Assembly: GCA_024256285.1 (NCBI GenBank)
Contig: JACGUG010000002.1
Span: 7,427 to 71,426 of the forward strand
DNA length: 64,000 bases
Reading direction: 5' to 3'
Source: an archaeon
Lineage (GTDB): Archaea > Thermoproteota > Nitrososphaeria > Nitrososphaerales > JACAEJ01
Shown here: positions 27,048 to 36,948 of the stretch, one piece after another
How the letters are laid out: each line of letters starts with the position of its first letter
Numbering within the stretch: the stretch's first letter is position 1
Translations under genes and position numbers: made by a program
Notes under the pieces: generated by a model
What the model saw: only the letters and a program-made list of their open reading frames with translations
What the model was told of the DNA's origin: nothing
Database searches by the model: none

Positions 27048-27716
27048 TTAGACCACTATGTCACCCGTTGTGCCATAGTCAAAGTTGTTCCATGTTTGAC
27101 TCTTGTAATGGTATGTCCAACCCCAGCTGATTAATGTCAAAGGACTTGCTCCAGTGAAGTATGTGGAAAGGAAATTGAATAGTGTAGTTGGACCCGTCTG
27201 GCCTGCTCCATAAGTCCCGAGAAGAATGTCTGCTTTGGTCCCACCGTAATCGTATGTGCCAATATTTCCGAATGCTGATGTGTATCCTGTAGCTGTGAAC
27301 GTTGCTATATAGCCACCCTCAAATGTTCCCTGTGCGTCTTTAGATTGAGCGACCCCAGCTCCAGGGCTTAATGCTCCAGCAAACGTGTACCATTTTCCAG
27401 TATATCGGGCGACCACATAGAAGGTTCCGTCGGGCGCCTGCCAGACTTGAACGTGCTTGTTGTAATTATCCAAGGCCCAATAACCCACATTTCCTGAGTC
27501 TTCGTCGTTTGTGACTTTATGATTAATGTTTAAGATCAGTACGGATCCACTTGGAACATCACCAGCATTTACGAAACTGCCAAAGGTTGGATGAGTAGAT
27601 TTAGCCATCACAGGTACTGCGAATACAACCATTGACATTAGAAACATTGCAGCAGCGAAGATCGACAGTACCTTTCTATTCACTATTGCTTCCATTTTTC
27701 TTCCGGAAATATACAT
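27048..27716 (-). CDS. secreted/cell-surface hypothetical protein (beta-rich, G/T/Y-rich)
   Basis: 222 aa with an N-terminal signal-like segment (VLSIFAAAMFLMSMVVFAVPVMA). I recognise no catalytic motif. Confidence 0.6.
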   Translation of the reverse strand: MYISGRKMEAIVNRKVLSIFAAAMFLMSMVVFAVPVMAKSTHPTFGSFVNAGDVPSGSVLILNINHKVTNDEDSGNVGYWALDNYNKHVQVWQAPDGTFYVVARYTGKWYTFAGALSPGAGVAQSKDAQGTFEGGYIATFTATGYTSAFGNIGTYDYGGTKADILLGTYGAGQTGPTTLFNFLSTYFTGASPLTLISWGWTYHYKSQTWNNFDYGTTGDIVV

Positions 27717-28111
27717 TATTAGTTCAATTTTTTAAACTTTTTATATAAATATTATAAATAAAAACAATATTATCAAGCATTCTTGAAAAATAATCCAAAA
27801 TTTTAAAATATTTAACAATATTATATTTTATTGTAACGAAAACGTAGTAATAATAAATCGATCGATAAGTAAGATCGTAGTCGCTGTTCCTACGGCATCC
27901 ATAAGTGCTATACGGCTGATAATGCCTCATGTAGATGAAATCGTCTGTGAATATCAGAGACGATCTCTTCTTTGCAGTTGCCGATGCCTATGAGAGGTGG
28001 TACGATCTAAGTGATATGAGGTATAGAGATACTTGGGGGGATGAGAGACGAGTCTCAAGAGTGAAAGTTTAGATCCTTCATCTCCTTAGATGGCAGGGAT
28101 CTTAAATCGAC

Positions 28112-30304
28112 TTACTCTTTGTCTATAAATTCATCGGGCTTTGGTGGCTCAGGCTTTAAACCTTTCCTCTTCCTTACCTCTGTTATCAGAGGCATGAGCA
28201 TGTTAGATGGCACAGAGCTCCACATCTTAAAGTTAGTAGACCATAAAGCCTTGCCCGCAGTTGCGCTCCTCATAACATCGCTCAGATCGAAGGTCTCTGA
28301 GGCTGGTATCTCTCCTACGATCAGCGTTGTGAACTCCTTTTGATTTATAGTCAAGACTCTACCCCTTTTCGATGAGATCACGCTCACCACCTGCCCTACA
28401 AGCTCTGTTGGTACCTTGGCTTCGATGCCCAATATAGGCTCAAGAAGTACAGGGTCTGCTAGTAGTAAAGCGCCAAGCAGGGATCGTCTTGAAGCTGGCA
28501 TCAATTGGGCGTATGTGCGGTGGGCAGTATCGCTATGGAAATCTGCATGGTGTAGTATGGCTTTTATGCCTCTACAATACTCGTACGCCAAAGGTCCATT
28601 CTCCATAACATCCATGAATCCAGACCTGATCATATCTACGGACTCTTGCATGTACTGGACACCTTTTGTTGCATCTATGAGGATGTTGCCCCTATCGTCT
28701 ATTGTAATTACATTCTTTGCCTCATCTGCACTCCATCCTTCATCCCTCAATATCTTGGCGATGGCCTTTCTTTCAAGAGCTTCACGAATCGTTCCATCTC
28801 TTATCAATTGTACGATATCATCTTGTAATGGCTCGACTCTCATGAAGATGCGGTTATGCCTATTCGGTGATTTCGCCATTATAGGTCCAGCTTTGCCTCT
28901 AATAGTCTCTCTGTAGTTGATGAGGGGCTTTGATGTTATTATCTCTAAACCTTGCTGCTCGAGCATAGTGGTCGCTATCTCTAAATGTAGTACACCCATA
29001 CCAGACATGAGCATCTCCCCTGTCTCTTCGTTGATCTTCATGATGAGATTTGGATCTTCTATGCTGAGCTTCCTGAGAGAATCCACCAATTTTGGTAGGT
29101 CTCGGGGGTGCTTAGACTCTATAGCTATAGTAACAACAGGCTCTGAGACATACTTTATCTGCTCGAAGGGGACTATGCCTTTCATAGAAGAGACTGTCTC
29201 CCCAGACCTTGCATGCTCCAACCCTAGTAGAGCTGGTATGTTGCCTGCAGGTAAGCTTTCAACTATTTCTCGAAAAGGTCCCATGAACATATTGACCGAC
29301 TGTACCCTCCCCTCTCTTTTAGCATTCAACAGGTAGACGTTATCCCCATCATTGACTGTGCCTGAGAAGAGCCTACCTACAGCTACTACGCCTGCTTGTG
29401 GATCGACCACAACGTTCGTGACCATCATCACTATCGGCCCATTATCATCACAGTTGAAAAGGGCTTTTCCTACTTCTGAATCTAGGTCTCCCTTCCAGAT
29501 CCTTGGGATACGGTACTTTTGCGCAACGTGAGGTGGGGGGTGATACTTTATAACCATCAACAGGACTGCTTCATGAAGAGGAAGCTCTTTTGCCAGTTCA
29601 GCCTCAGCATTCTTATTGTAAGCTTTTACTATATCGCTGAACTTTACACCCTTTTTTTGAGCGATTTCAAAGTTGAAGCCCCAGCGGTCCTTGGCAGAAC
29701 CGAAAGCTACTGAGTTGCCAGGTATGCTGACCTTCCAATCCTTCTTGAATTGGGGCTCAGCGTATATATCGATCAACTGGTTGAAATCGTTCACTATATT
29801 TGCAAGCCACTGCTGCATCTTCTCTGGAGTTAAGCGAAGCTCCTTGATCAACCGATCTATCTTGTTGATGTATAGAACAGGGCGGACTCTTTCTTCTAAT
29901 GCCTGTCGAGTGACAGTTTCAGTCTGAGTCATCACTCCCTCTACTGCATCTATTACGACGACACAACCATCTATCGCCCTAAGACTTCTTGTCACTTTTC
30001 CTGTGAAGTCTATGTGTCCAGGGGTATCGATCAAGTTTATGACGAAAGGCTTACCTTCATATTCGTAATATAGAGTGATGTTGGCAGCCTTGATGGTCAT
30101 CTGCCTTTTCTGTTCAAGATCCATGTAATCTAATGCGAGAGCTTGCCCTGCCACTGAAGGGCTCAACATACCACAAGCAGCGAGAAGGCTATCACTCATC
30201 GTAGTTTTGCCATGATCGACATGGGCAATGATACCTATATTCTTGATCTGATCTTTATTCTCGATTATCTTCAGGGCCTCAGTAGTTGTCTTGTACCTAG
30301 GCAA
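28112..30304 (-). CDS. fusA: translation elongation factor aEF-2
   Basis: 730 aa with IIAHVDHGKTT, DTPGH and full EF-2 domain length. Confidence 0.95.
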   Translation of the reverse strand: MPRYKTTTEALKIIENKDQIKNIGIIAHVDHGKTTMSDSLLAACGMLSPSVAGQALALDYMDLEQKRQMTIKAANITLYYEYEGKPFVINLIDTPGHIDFTGKVTRSLRAIDGCVVVIDAVEGVMTQTETVTRQALEERVRPVLYINKIDRLIKELRLTPEKMQQWLANIVNDFNQLIDIYAEPQFKKDWKVSIPGNSVAFGSAKDRWGFNFEIAQKKGVKFSDIVKAYNKNAEAELAKELPLHEAVLLMVIKYHPPPHVAQKYRIPRIWKGDLDSEVGKALFNCDDNGPIVMMVTNVVVDPQAGVVAVGRLFSGTVNDGDNVYLLNAKREGRVQSVNMFMGPFREIVESLPAGNIPALLGLEHARSGETVSSMKGIVPFEQIKYVSEPVVTIAIESKHPRDLPKLVDSLRKLSIEDPNLIMKINEETGEMLMSGMGVLHLEIATTMLEQQGLEIITSKPLINYRETIRGKAGPIMAKSPNRHNRIFMRVEPLQDDIVQLIRDGTIREALERKAIAKILRDEGWSADEAKNVITIDDRGNILIDATKGVQYMQESVDMIRSGFMDVMENGPLAYEYCRGIKAILHHADFHSDTAHRTYAQLMPASRRSLLGALLLADPVLLEPILGIEAKVPTELVGQVVSVISSKRGRVLTINQKEFTTLIVGEIPASETFDLSDVMRSATAGKALWSTNFKMWSSVPSNMLMPLITEVRKRKGLKPEPPKPDEFIDKE

Positions 30305-30401
30305 AGTTCATCACATCTGTGTGGGTTTGAGTGCTTTAATAAAGCATATCTGACTTTTAATCTATTCTACTTAAACCTTTTCGATCGTTTCTATCGATTC
30401 T

Positions 30402-31028
30402 TCATTCTATATTGGCATGGCGTTTTCCTAGGTCTTCTTCGCTAAGCTTTAGCTTCTTCATCATATATGAGATTATTGCATCCAACAGAATCATACATGT
30501 ATCCTCAAAGAGGGTGCCTAGAGGAGCCAAAGGCTCATGAAGACCTAAAATCTGCCTTGCAAAGTAATCTCTCTTGTCCACTTCTTTAGCCGGCATCATC
30601 CTGCCCTTTACTTGAAGAACAAAGTCGGCGATCTTCCCCAAAGGCGAATCTGGATAAGACGTTATCCCTATTATCGTGGCACCTACATGCTTTGCAGCCT
30701 CTACAGCAGTCATTACGAGCATCGTGGAGCCTGAGCCTGAAATCGCTATGAAAAGGTCATCTTTACTCACTGAAGGTATGATGGTCTCTCCTACGACATG
30801 GACTCGATACCCCAAGTGTAACAGTCTTACAGCAAAAGCTCGGCCTACCAACCCACTCCTCCCCGCACCCATGATAAAGATCTTCTTATCACGATGTGAG
30901 AGGATGAGTTCTGTGCATCTCTCTACCTGATCTTCAGATACTTCAGAAAGGTTCTTGCCTATTAGGTCCACAAGGCCTAAAGCATTGCTTTTCACATTCA
31001 GATTAAGAGCGAACACCAAAGGCACCAC
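30402..31028 (-). CDS. hxlB: SIS-domain sugar isomerase, 6-phospho-3-hexuloisomerase-like
   Basis: 208 aa with GAGRSGLVGRAFAVRLLHLGY and ISGSGST, the PHI-type SIS pattern. Confidence 0.7.
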   Translation of the reverse strand: MVPLVFALNLNVKSNALGLVDLIGKNLSEVSEDQVERCTELILSHRDKKIFIMGAGRSGLVGRAFAVRLLHLGYRVHVVGETIIPSVSKDDLFIAISGSGSTMLVMTAVEAAKHVGATIIGITSYPDSPLGKIADFVLQVKGRMMPAKEVDKRDYFARQILGLHEPLAPLGTLFEDTCMILLDAIISYMMKKLKLSEEDLGKRHANIE

Positions 31029-31192
31029 TTAAGTTAAATGTCAATTTTTTCCATAAAAAAAGCTTTTGCTAAATTTAGTTTTACACCGTCCTCTTATAAA
31101 CGACCCTCCTAATTTTGTACTCTAAAGATTTTTAAATATAAAGTTACAAGTGATACTCCAATAAACAAAAGGTGGCTCAACCATCACAAAAA

Positions 31193-32212
31193 TTATGATA
31201 GCTTCTTTATCTTGATCTGAAGTTTCTCAGATAGAGCAGACAGGACAGATGTTATAGCCTCATCTATGGTACATTGGGAGGAGAGTGATGCAGCAGTAGG
31301 GTGCCCCCCTCCTTTGCCCTTGAGCATAGAGGCAGCTTTCTGAGCTACATCTTTCCCTAAATGTACCCCTGTCTTTAAGTAGAAGGATTGGGTAGATCGA
31401 AGGCTACCTCTCACCCCCTTTCCATACCCCCCCACAGCGAAAGCCATATCTGCACCCAAACCCAGAAGGGTGTTGGCTACAGAAGCTTGAAAAGAGCGGA
31501 CATTCGTTACAGCTATCATCAAATCCTTTGCCCTATACGTTCTGAGTCTTTGGGCGGCTTTCATGCGGGCTATGATCTCAGACTTTCTAAGGGGCATCTC
31601 AAGCAACTCCCTTGACGAAACCAAAGAAGCACCCTTCCTACATAATTCCATTACAATCTTTATGGTCCTGCAATCAGCTATGGTCAAGTGCCTCGAATCG
31701 TACAGTATGCCCAAGAGGAGGGCTTGCGCCGTATCCTGCCCCAATTCAGCTTTTTTAGCCTTGAAGAGTCTGTAAATTATCTCGCTGGAGGAGGAAGCAT
31801 CTTCATCTATTAAGAGGAGGTCTGCTACAGATTTCGTTGATTCGGTTAATGGATGATGATCGATGAAGATCCTCGTTGATTTTGTCGATCTGAGCTGGTC
31901 GCCCCAACTTTCCAGAAGTGATAGGTCTCCTGTATCGACGACAACCACCAAGTCTGCTTTTGAGATATCTAATGAGGCGGTAACTTCTACGTTAAACTCC
32001 TTCTGAACCCTTCTGGCAAGGGTATCGAGACCTTTAGGTGAAGCTACATCTACATGGGCTTCAGGATTTATCTGCTTTATAAGGTGAACAACGGCATAGG
32101 CTGAACAGTAGGCATCTACATCTGCATTTCTATGGCAGATAACAACAGCATCTTTTAACCTCTTGGGTTCTATTAAAGGGAACTTCTTGAGCCTTCTTGA
32201 TGTTAATTTCAT
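31193..32212 (-). CDS. DHH/DHHA1 phosphoesterase (NrnA-like)
   Basis: HRNADVDA, DTGD, IDHHP and GGGHPTAAS. Confidence 0.8.
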   Translation of the reverse strand: MKLTSRRLKKFPLIEPKRLKDAVVICHRNADVDAYCSAYAVVHLIKQINPEAHVDVASPKGLDTLARRVQKEFNVEVTASLDISKADLVVVVDTGDLSLLESWGDQLRSTKSTRIFIDHHPLTESTKSVADLLLIDEDASSSSEIIYRLFKAKKAELGQDTAQALLLGILYDSRHLTIADCRTIKIVMELCRKGASLVSSRELLEMPLRKSEIIARMKAAQRLRTYRAKDLMIAVTNVRSFQASVANTLLGLGADMAFAVGGYGKGVRGSLRSTQSFYLKTGVHLGKDVAQKAASMLKGKGGGHPTAASLSSQCTIDEAITSVLSALSEKLQIKIKKLS

Positions 32213-32583
32213 GTCGATGATGGAGATTTAGAACGCAAGGCTTCATTGATCTTAGCTTGCAACTCCTTTATACTCTCCCTTAATCTTGTCTCTTGCTTTG
32301 CTAGTATCGCAGACCGGGTGTTATCTATTTCTCTTTTCTCCTCAAGATCTTTGAGCATATCGTCCCTCTTCACCTTTATCAAGATCGATCCAACGTGTTT
32401 GTAGACAGTATCGTCGGGCCCTATCTTTTTCAACTCAGCTGTCGCCCTTTCTATTTCACTGATCTCTAATTCAATCTGTTGCTTCTGAGCCAATATTGCT
32501 TGAAGATTTCGCTGTGACTGCTCGAACCTTGCCAGCTGTTCCCTTAACCATGGAGGAACTTCTTCTCTGCTCATGCCAACCAC
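32209..32583 (-). CDS. pfdB: prefoldin beta subunit
   Basis: 124 aa with the coiled coil - beta hairpin - coiled coil pattern. It overlaps the DHH gene by 4 nt. Confidence 0.8.
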   Translation of the reverse strand: MVGMSREEVPPWLREQLARFEQSQRNLQAILAQKQQIELEISEIERATAELKKIGPDDTVYKHVGSILIKVKRDDMLKDLEEKREIDNTRSAILAKQETRLRESIKELQAKINEALRSKSPSST

Positions 32584-32918
32584 TCTTTAACCGCTGTTAC
32601 AACATAGATCACTACACATAAATAAGTTATGCTGGCATCACCACACTCATCTTGCCTTTAACATGAACATAGAGGGGTAATGGCGAATATAGCTATCGTA
32701 AAGAAGATGGGCATTTCAGATAGGCATTATTAGGCCGATAATCAAAGAGCCTGAGAATATACAACATTGAGGCATGTATCCAAAAAAACCCCAACTAAAC
32801 CTATTCTTGATATCGACCAATTTGATTTTTAGATCGGTTTTTAATATTCATAACACAGTCTTAACTTATTCACATAAAAAAGCTAATTTACTACTGGGTA
32901 GAAATCGGTCTGAAGGAG

Positions 32919-33863
32919 ATGTCTAATAACATAGGAGTCATAGGTGTTGGAGGCTGGGGGAAGAATCATCTAAGAATATTGAACGATCTGGGTGTTCTCT
33001 CATCCTTTTGTGATATAGATGAGGACAAGGTAAAGATTTTTGAAAAGAGGTATCAGATCAGAGGATACAAGAATATCGATGAAATGCTGAAAAATGAAAA
33101 GTTGGATGCAGTTACGATATGCACGCCCACAGCTACTCATTATGAAATCGCAGAGAAGACGATAAAAGCTGGTCTGGATACATTCGTAGAAAAACCCCTC
33201 ACTTATACCTCTGTAGAGGGAGAGAGACTGGTCAAGTTAGCTGAGGATAAGGGCGTGATAATGACCGTTGGCTTCATAGAGCGCTTTAATCCGGCGATTA
33301 TGGAATTGAAGAACTTGTTGAAGAGTGGGAAGCTTGGAGAGCCCTTGCTCCTAGAATTTCATAGAGAGAATGTATGGACAGGAAAGGTCAAGGATGTGGG
33401 TATTATAATGGATACTGCGGTTCACGACATAGATACTGCTAGATGGATCTTTGATGAGGAGCCAAAGGTAACATTCGCAAGGGCCGGTAAGGTCTTGAAT
33501 AAGCATGAGGGGCCCGACTTTGCCGCCATAACTCTGGGCTTTCATGGAGAGAAGACAGCGTTCATAGTTGCCAATTGGTTGACGCCAAAGAAGATCAGAG
33601 AGTTGGAGGTTGTCTGCATAAGAGGGATAGTCACGATAGATTTCATAACTCAAGAGCTGAAGATAGATAGCGACGAAGGTACCATGATTCCAAGGAGGAA
33701 GTGGGAAGAGCCCCTTCTTATCGAGCTGAGAGAATTCATAAAGTGCATAAAAGAGAGGAGAAGACCTATTATCACAGGGATAGATGGCATCAATGTGACG
33801 AAGATAGCTGAAGCATCCACGCTCTCACATGAGACGGGGTCGCCCATTTACCTCGATCTCTAA
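32919..33863 (+). CDS. Gfo/Idh/MocA-family sugar-nucleotide dehydrogenase
   Basis: It has an N-terminal Rossmann motif (IGVIGVGGWGKNH), EKP and a WbpB-like size. Confidence 0.75.
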   Translation: MSNNIGVIGVGGWGKNHLRILNDLGVLSSFCDIDEDKVKIFEKRYQIRGYKNIDEMLKNEKLDAVTICTPTATHYEIAEKTIKAGLDTFVEKPLTYTSVEGERLVKLAEDKGVIMTVGFIERFNPAIMELKNLLKSGKLGEPLLLEFHRENVWTGKVKDVGIIMDTAVHDIDTARWIFDEEPKVTFARAGKVLNKHEGPDFAAITLGFHGEKTAFIVANWLTPKKIRELEVVCIRGIVTIDFITQELKIDSDEGTMIPRRKWEEPLLIELREFIKCIKERRRPIITGIDGINVTKIAEASTLSHETGSPIYLDL

Positions 33864-33883
33864 TACCATTACTACATCTTAAT

Positions 33884-34432
33884 TTGATTAAGTTAAAATA
33901 TATTGAAGAAAAATTACAATTGATGAAAAAACCTCCTGAAGATAAGATCGTAAATCATGTTGGGAAGGATGTCAAGCTTGGAAGGAACGTAAAGCTCTGG
34001 CACTTCACGTATATAGGGGACAGTACAAAGATAGGGGATAATGTAAAGATAGGCTCTCTTTCACATATAGATTACAAGGTCAAGATAGGCAATGATTGTA
34101 GGATAGAAGGTAATGTGTACATACCACCTTTGACCGTCATAGGCAACGGCGTATTCATCGGGCCTGGAGCCATCTTCACAAACGATCCATACCCCCCAAG
34201 CAAGAGACTTGCTGGAATAACCGTAGAGGATGGTGCCATAATAGGAGCCGGCTCTACCATAAGGTCAGGCATAAGGATAGGAAAGAAAGGCGTGATAGCT
34301 ATGGGAGCTCTGGTAACCGATGATGTGCCTCCAGATACAGTGGTCATGGGCATCCCAGCCAAGCCAGCATATTCACGTACTGAGTATGAAAAGAAGAGAG
34401 AAGATTGGGAGAAGGGTATGATCGTCGATTAA
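33884..34432 (+). CDS. hexapeptide-repeat (LbH) sugar N-acetyltransferase
   Basis: It has repeated [LIV]G hexapeptides (IGDNVKIG, IGNDCRIEG, IGNGVFIGPGA, IGAGSTI). Confidence 0.8.
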   Translation: MIKLKYIEEKLQLMKKPPEDKIVNHVGKDVKLGRNVKLWHFTYIGDSTKIGDNVKIGSLSHIDYKVKIGNDCRIEGNVYIPPLTVIGNGVFIGPGAIFTNDPYPPSKRLAGITVEDGAIIGAGSTIRSGIRIGKKGVIAMGALVTDDVPPDTVVMGIPAKPAYSRTEYEKKREDWEKGMIVD

Positions 34433-34683
34433 TCTGATAGTTTCCTTTTGATGTAGATATCCCTCAACTTGATCATGATAAGGATCCACATAACAGATAG
34501 AACTGTGGACAATGTCACTTTAAGCAAAGAATTGAAGAAGGTGAAGATATAATCCGTTCTTCCAGGGAAGAGGTCGATGGGCACGATCAGATGAAATATT
34601 ATATAAGATCCTAAAAAGACGAGTAACCAAGCCACACCTATGATCCCCATCAAAGGAAGAAGTCTCGACCTCAAATTAGACAC
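34429..34683 (-). CDS. small membrane protein
   Basis: 84 aa with two hydrophobic helices. It overlaps the GT4 gene by 8 nt. Confidence 0.45.
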   Translation of the reverse strand: MSNLRSRLLPLMGIIGVAWLLVFLGSYIIFHLIVPIDLFPGRTDYIFTFFNSLLKVTLSTVLSVMWILIMIKLRDIYIKRKLSD

Positions 34684-35722
34684 ACCATGTTGCCAGTGCC
34701 GTTATTACAGCAAGAAAAGCTGAAAAGGCAGAGAGCTTGAAGATATCTGACACAACTTCTCGCTCAGATAGAGGGCCGTCGATAAGTATCATCCTCACCA
34801 AAGTTGCAGGTGCTGAGGGGTTTTTAGATGCAGCAAGACGACTATCTGGAAGTAGGATCGTTGGTCTGGTCTTTATATTTCTGTGCTCTATAAACCCCTT
34901 TATGCTCGATAAGATGAAGAAAGAGTTCAGTATAGCAGGGAGGATGGCCATTACAGCGACGATCTCCACCCTACCAACTATCGCTATGGCGCAAAACATG
35001 GCACCCAAAGCCAGACTGCCAGAGTCTCCTGGAAATATCTTCGAAGGATACCTGTGAAATATGTAGAATGCTAAAGATGATGCGATCAGTGGTATGGTTG
35101 CTACCATAATAGTATGATCTGGTCTCAATGCCAAAGCAAAGATCAAGGGTATGGTAGTTATTACCATAAAGCTGCTCAAGGCACCATTTAACACATCCAT
35201 CATGTTCGTTGCATTCGAGACTATAGGTACAGCTAATAGCACCAGTATGGGATAGACTATGGAAAGCCTAACGCTACCGAATATGGGAAAGATAGGATGA
35301 AAATCATAGGTTCTTAAGAGAAGGATGGGTAAGCTCGCTAGGATGAGCAACCCAGGCTTTATTATCCCTCTATTGAATTTCATCCGATCGTCGATAAGAC
35401 CCACAGACCCTGCTATGACGGTCACCAAAGCTATAGATAGAATTCTCAGGTCTCCATAAATGAAGTATAAGATCGATTCAACGACTACTAAAGAGAATAG
35501 TATGGCAGGCCCTCCTGGCCAAGCTACTTTGGGCTTACCTTGTTTATGGTAATCTTCGACTACCGATCCCTTTTTTGGCAGAGTTTTAACTAAAGTAAGT
35601 GTCAGGAGATAAGTAAGGGAGAAGGCCAGGGCAAAACTAAAAGAAATGAGTATGATCAAACCAAATAGATCCATGCACCAATGGTTAAAGGAAGATGGAT
35701 TTAAGTATAATTCAACTTTCAA
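34676..35722 (-). CDS. glycosyltransferase family 4 (UDP-HexNAc:dolichyl-phosphate HexNAc-1-P transferase, AglH/WecA-like)
   Basis: It is polytopic and carries NATNMMDVLNG and FPGDSGSLALG. Confidence 0.8.
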   Translation of the reverse strand: MKVELYLNPSSFNHWCMDLFGLIILISFSFALAFSLTYLLTLTLVKTLPKKGSVVEDYHKQGKPKVAWPGGPAILFSLVVVESILYFIYGDLRILSIALVTVIAGSVGLIDDRMKFNRGIIKPGLLILASLPILLLRTYDFHPIFPIFGSVRLSIVYPILVLLAVPIVSNATNMMDVLNGALSSFMVITTIPLIFALALRPDHTIMVATIPLIASSLAFYIFHRYPSKIFPGDSGSLALGAMFCAIAIVGRVEIVAVMAILPAILNSFFILSSIKGFIEHRNIKTRPTILLPDSRLAASKNPSAPATLVRMILIDGPLSEREVVSDIFKLSAFSAFLAVITALATWCV

Positions 35723-35794
35723 AATAAATTTCTTAAATAAACTGTAAGTATCTTTTTTAGTAACTTTATAACGTAAGAATAAGAGGAGTGGTAC

Positions 35795-36415
35795 ATGTCT
35801 ACATCTAAGCTGGAGGCAGATGCAAAAGAGTTAAGCGAGATAGCCATCAAAAGTGGGGCAAGTAAGGCGAAACCCATCAAAGCTGAACAGATAATTGTTG
35901 ATGAGAGAGTTCTGCTAAAATGTAGGTACCCTCCATGTATGTGGTATGGACAATGCTTGATGTGTCCTCCCTTTACCCCATCGCCACAAGAATTTTCAAG
36001 ATACCTCCAAAAATATAGATATGCAGTAATAGTCCAGTTCGAGTTTCCTTACCCAGATGAGTTGGCAACGAGGGTGAATAAGGATGTAACGCTACCCGAT
36101 CTATTTAGGGAGATGGGGCGCAGGTTAGAGAACTCTATCGATGTAGCTTGGAAGGATTTACAGAAGATAGTTTCGATCATTGAAAGAGAGGCTTTTAACC
36201 GGGGATACTATTTTGCTACAGGTCTATTAGCAGCTTCATGTAGGTTGTGTGATAGATGTAATCCAGATATGCCTTGCAGGCATCCTTTTGAGGCTAGGCC
36301 CAGTATGGAAGCAGTTGGGATAGACGTTTATGCCACTATAAAAAACGCAGGTTTAGAAGCCACTTTTGAGCCCCGTGATAAGATAACCTTAACTGGTCTA
36401 GTTCTTTTAGATTAA
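35795..36415 (+). CDS. DUF2284-like Cys-rich metal-binding protein
   Basis: CRYPPCMWYGQCLMCPP and CRLCDRCNPDMPCRH. Confidence 0.6.
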   Translation: MSTSKLEADAKELSEIAIKSGASKAKPIKAEQIIVDERVLLKCRYPPCMWYGQCLMCPPFTPSPQEFSRYLQKYRYAVIVQFEFPYPDELATRVNKDVTLPDLFREMGRRLENSIDVAWKDLQKIVSIIEREAFNRGYYFATGLLAASCRLCDRCNPDMPCRHPFEARPSMEAVGIDVYATIKNAGLEATFEPRDKITLTGLVLLD

Positions 36416-36463
36416 TTAGATTCTCATTTTAGGCTCAAAGTTATATATCAGCTATTTGTAAGA

Positions 36464-36769
36464 GTGGTGAGAGTGGCGATGAAGATAAGTGAATTGAGAG
36501 ACGGGATGAGGAGAATCGACATCGAGGGTATAATTTCAGATATTCCTGAACCCAGGACTGTCACTTTAAGGACTGGGCAACAGGCAAGGGTAGCCGACTG
36601 TACCTTACAAGATGCTTCTGGCCCGATAACGTTGTCCCTTTGGAACGATGATATAGACAGGGTTCAAGTAGGTTCTAAGGTAAAGATAGAGAACGGTTAC
36701 ACGAATAGTTTTAGGGGAGAAGTAAGGTTGAACGTGGGAAGGTATGGGCGGCTCATTATCCTAGAATGA
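36464..36769 (+). CDS. OB-fold nucleic-acid-binding protein (SSB/RPA-like single OB)
   Basis: About 96-101 aa. ..VADCTLQDASGPITLSLWNDDIDRVQVGSKVKIENGY..FRGEVRLNVGRYG is a typical OB pattern. An alternative ATG lies at 36479. Confidence 0.6.
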   Translation: MVRVAMKISELRDGMRRIDIEGIISDIPEPRTVTLRTGQQARVADCTLQDASGPITLSLWNDDIDRVQVGSKVKIENGYTNSFRGEVRLNVGRYGRLIILE

Positions 36770-36837
36770 TACCAAACAATAGAGCCTTCGATAAGAGGAC
36801 TGAAGTCACATCTCATAAGAGGAAACGTATACCTTTG

Positions 36838-36863
36838 AAAGCCTAGGGCTAAAGAGAGGCTTT
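36838..36863. terminator. hairpin between convergent genes
   Basis: AAAGCCT (36838-36844) pairs with AGGCTTT (36857-36863) around a 12-nt loop. Confidence 0.3.
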
Positions 36864-36948
36864 AGGAGTATGTGATTTTAATTAACCATTCCTAGCCTTT
36901 GATCTCACATCTACACTGTCCTTTGAGCCTTCCAGTTATTATGTTATG

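Noticed and set aside
27724-27930. 68-aa ORF in the track.
   Set aside because: It lies in the 12-13 percent GC tract. Its Y/I/N/K-rich translation is what AT-rich non-coding DNA produces, and it has no RBS.
27935-28072. 45-codon plus-strand ORF (MKSSVNIRDDLFFAVADAYERWYDL...).
   Set aside because: It has no Shine-Dalgarno-like sequence or promoter-like element upstream, and no recognisable motif. The evidence is too weak to call.
28119-29927. A series of plus-strand ORFs of 60-166 aa.
   Set aside because: All are antisense to the unambiguous aEF-2 gene, and none has a recognisable motif.
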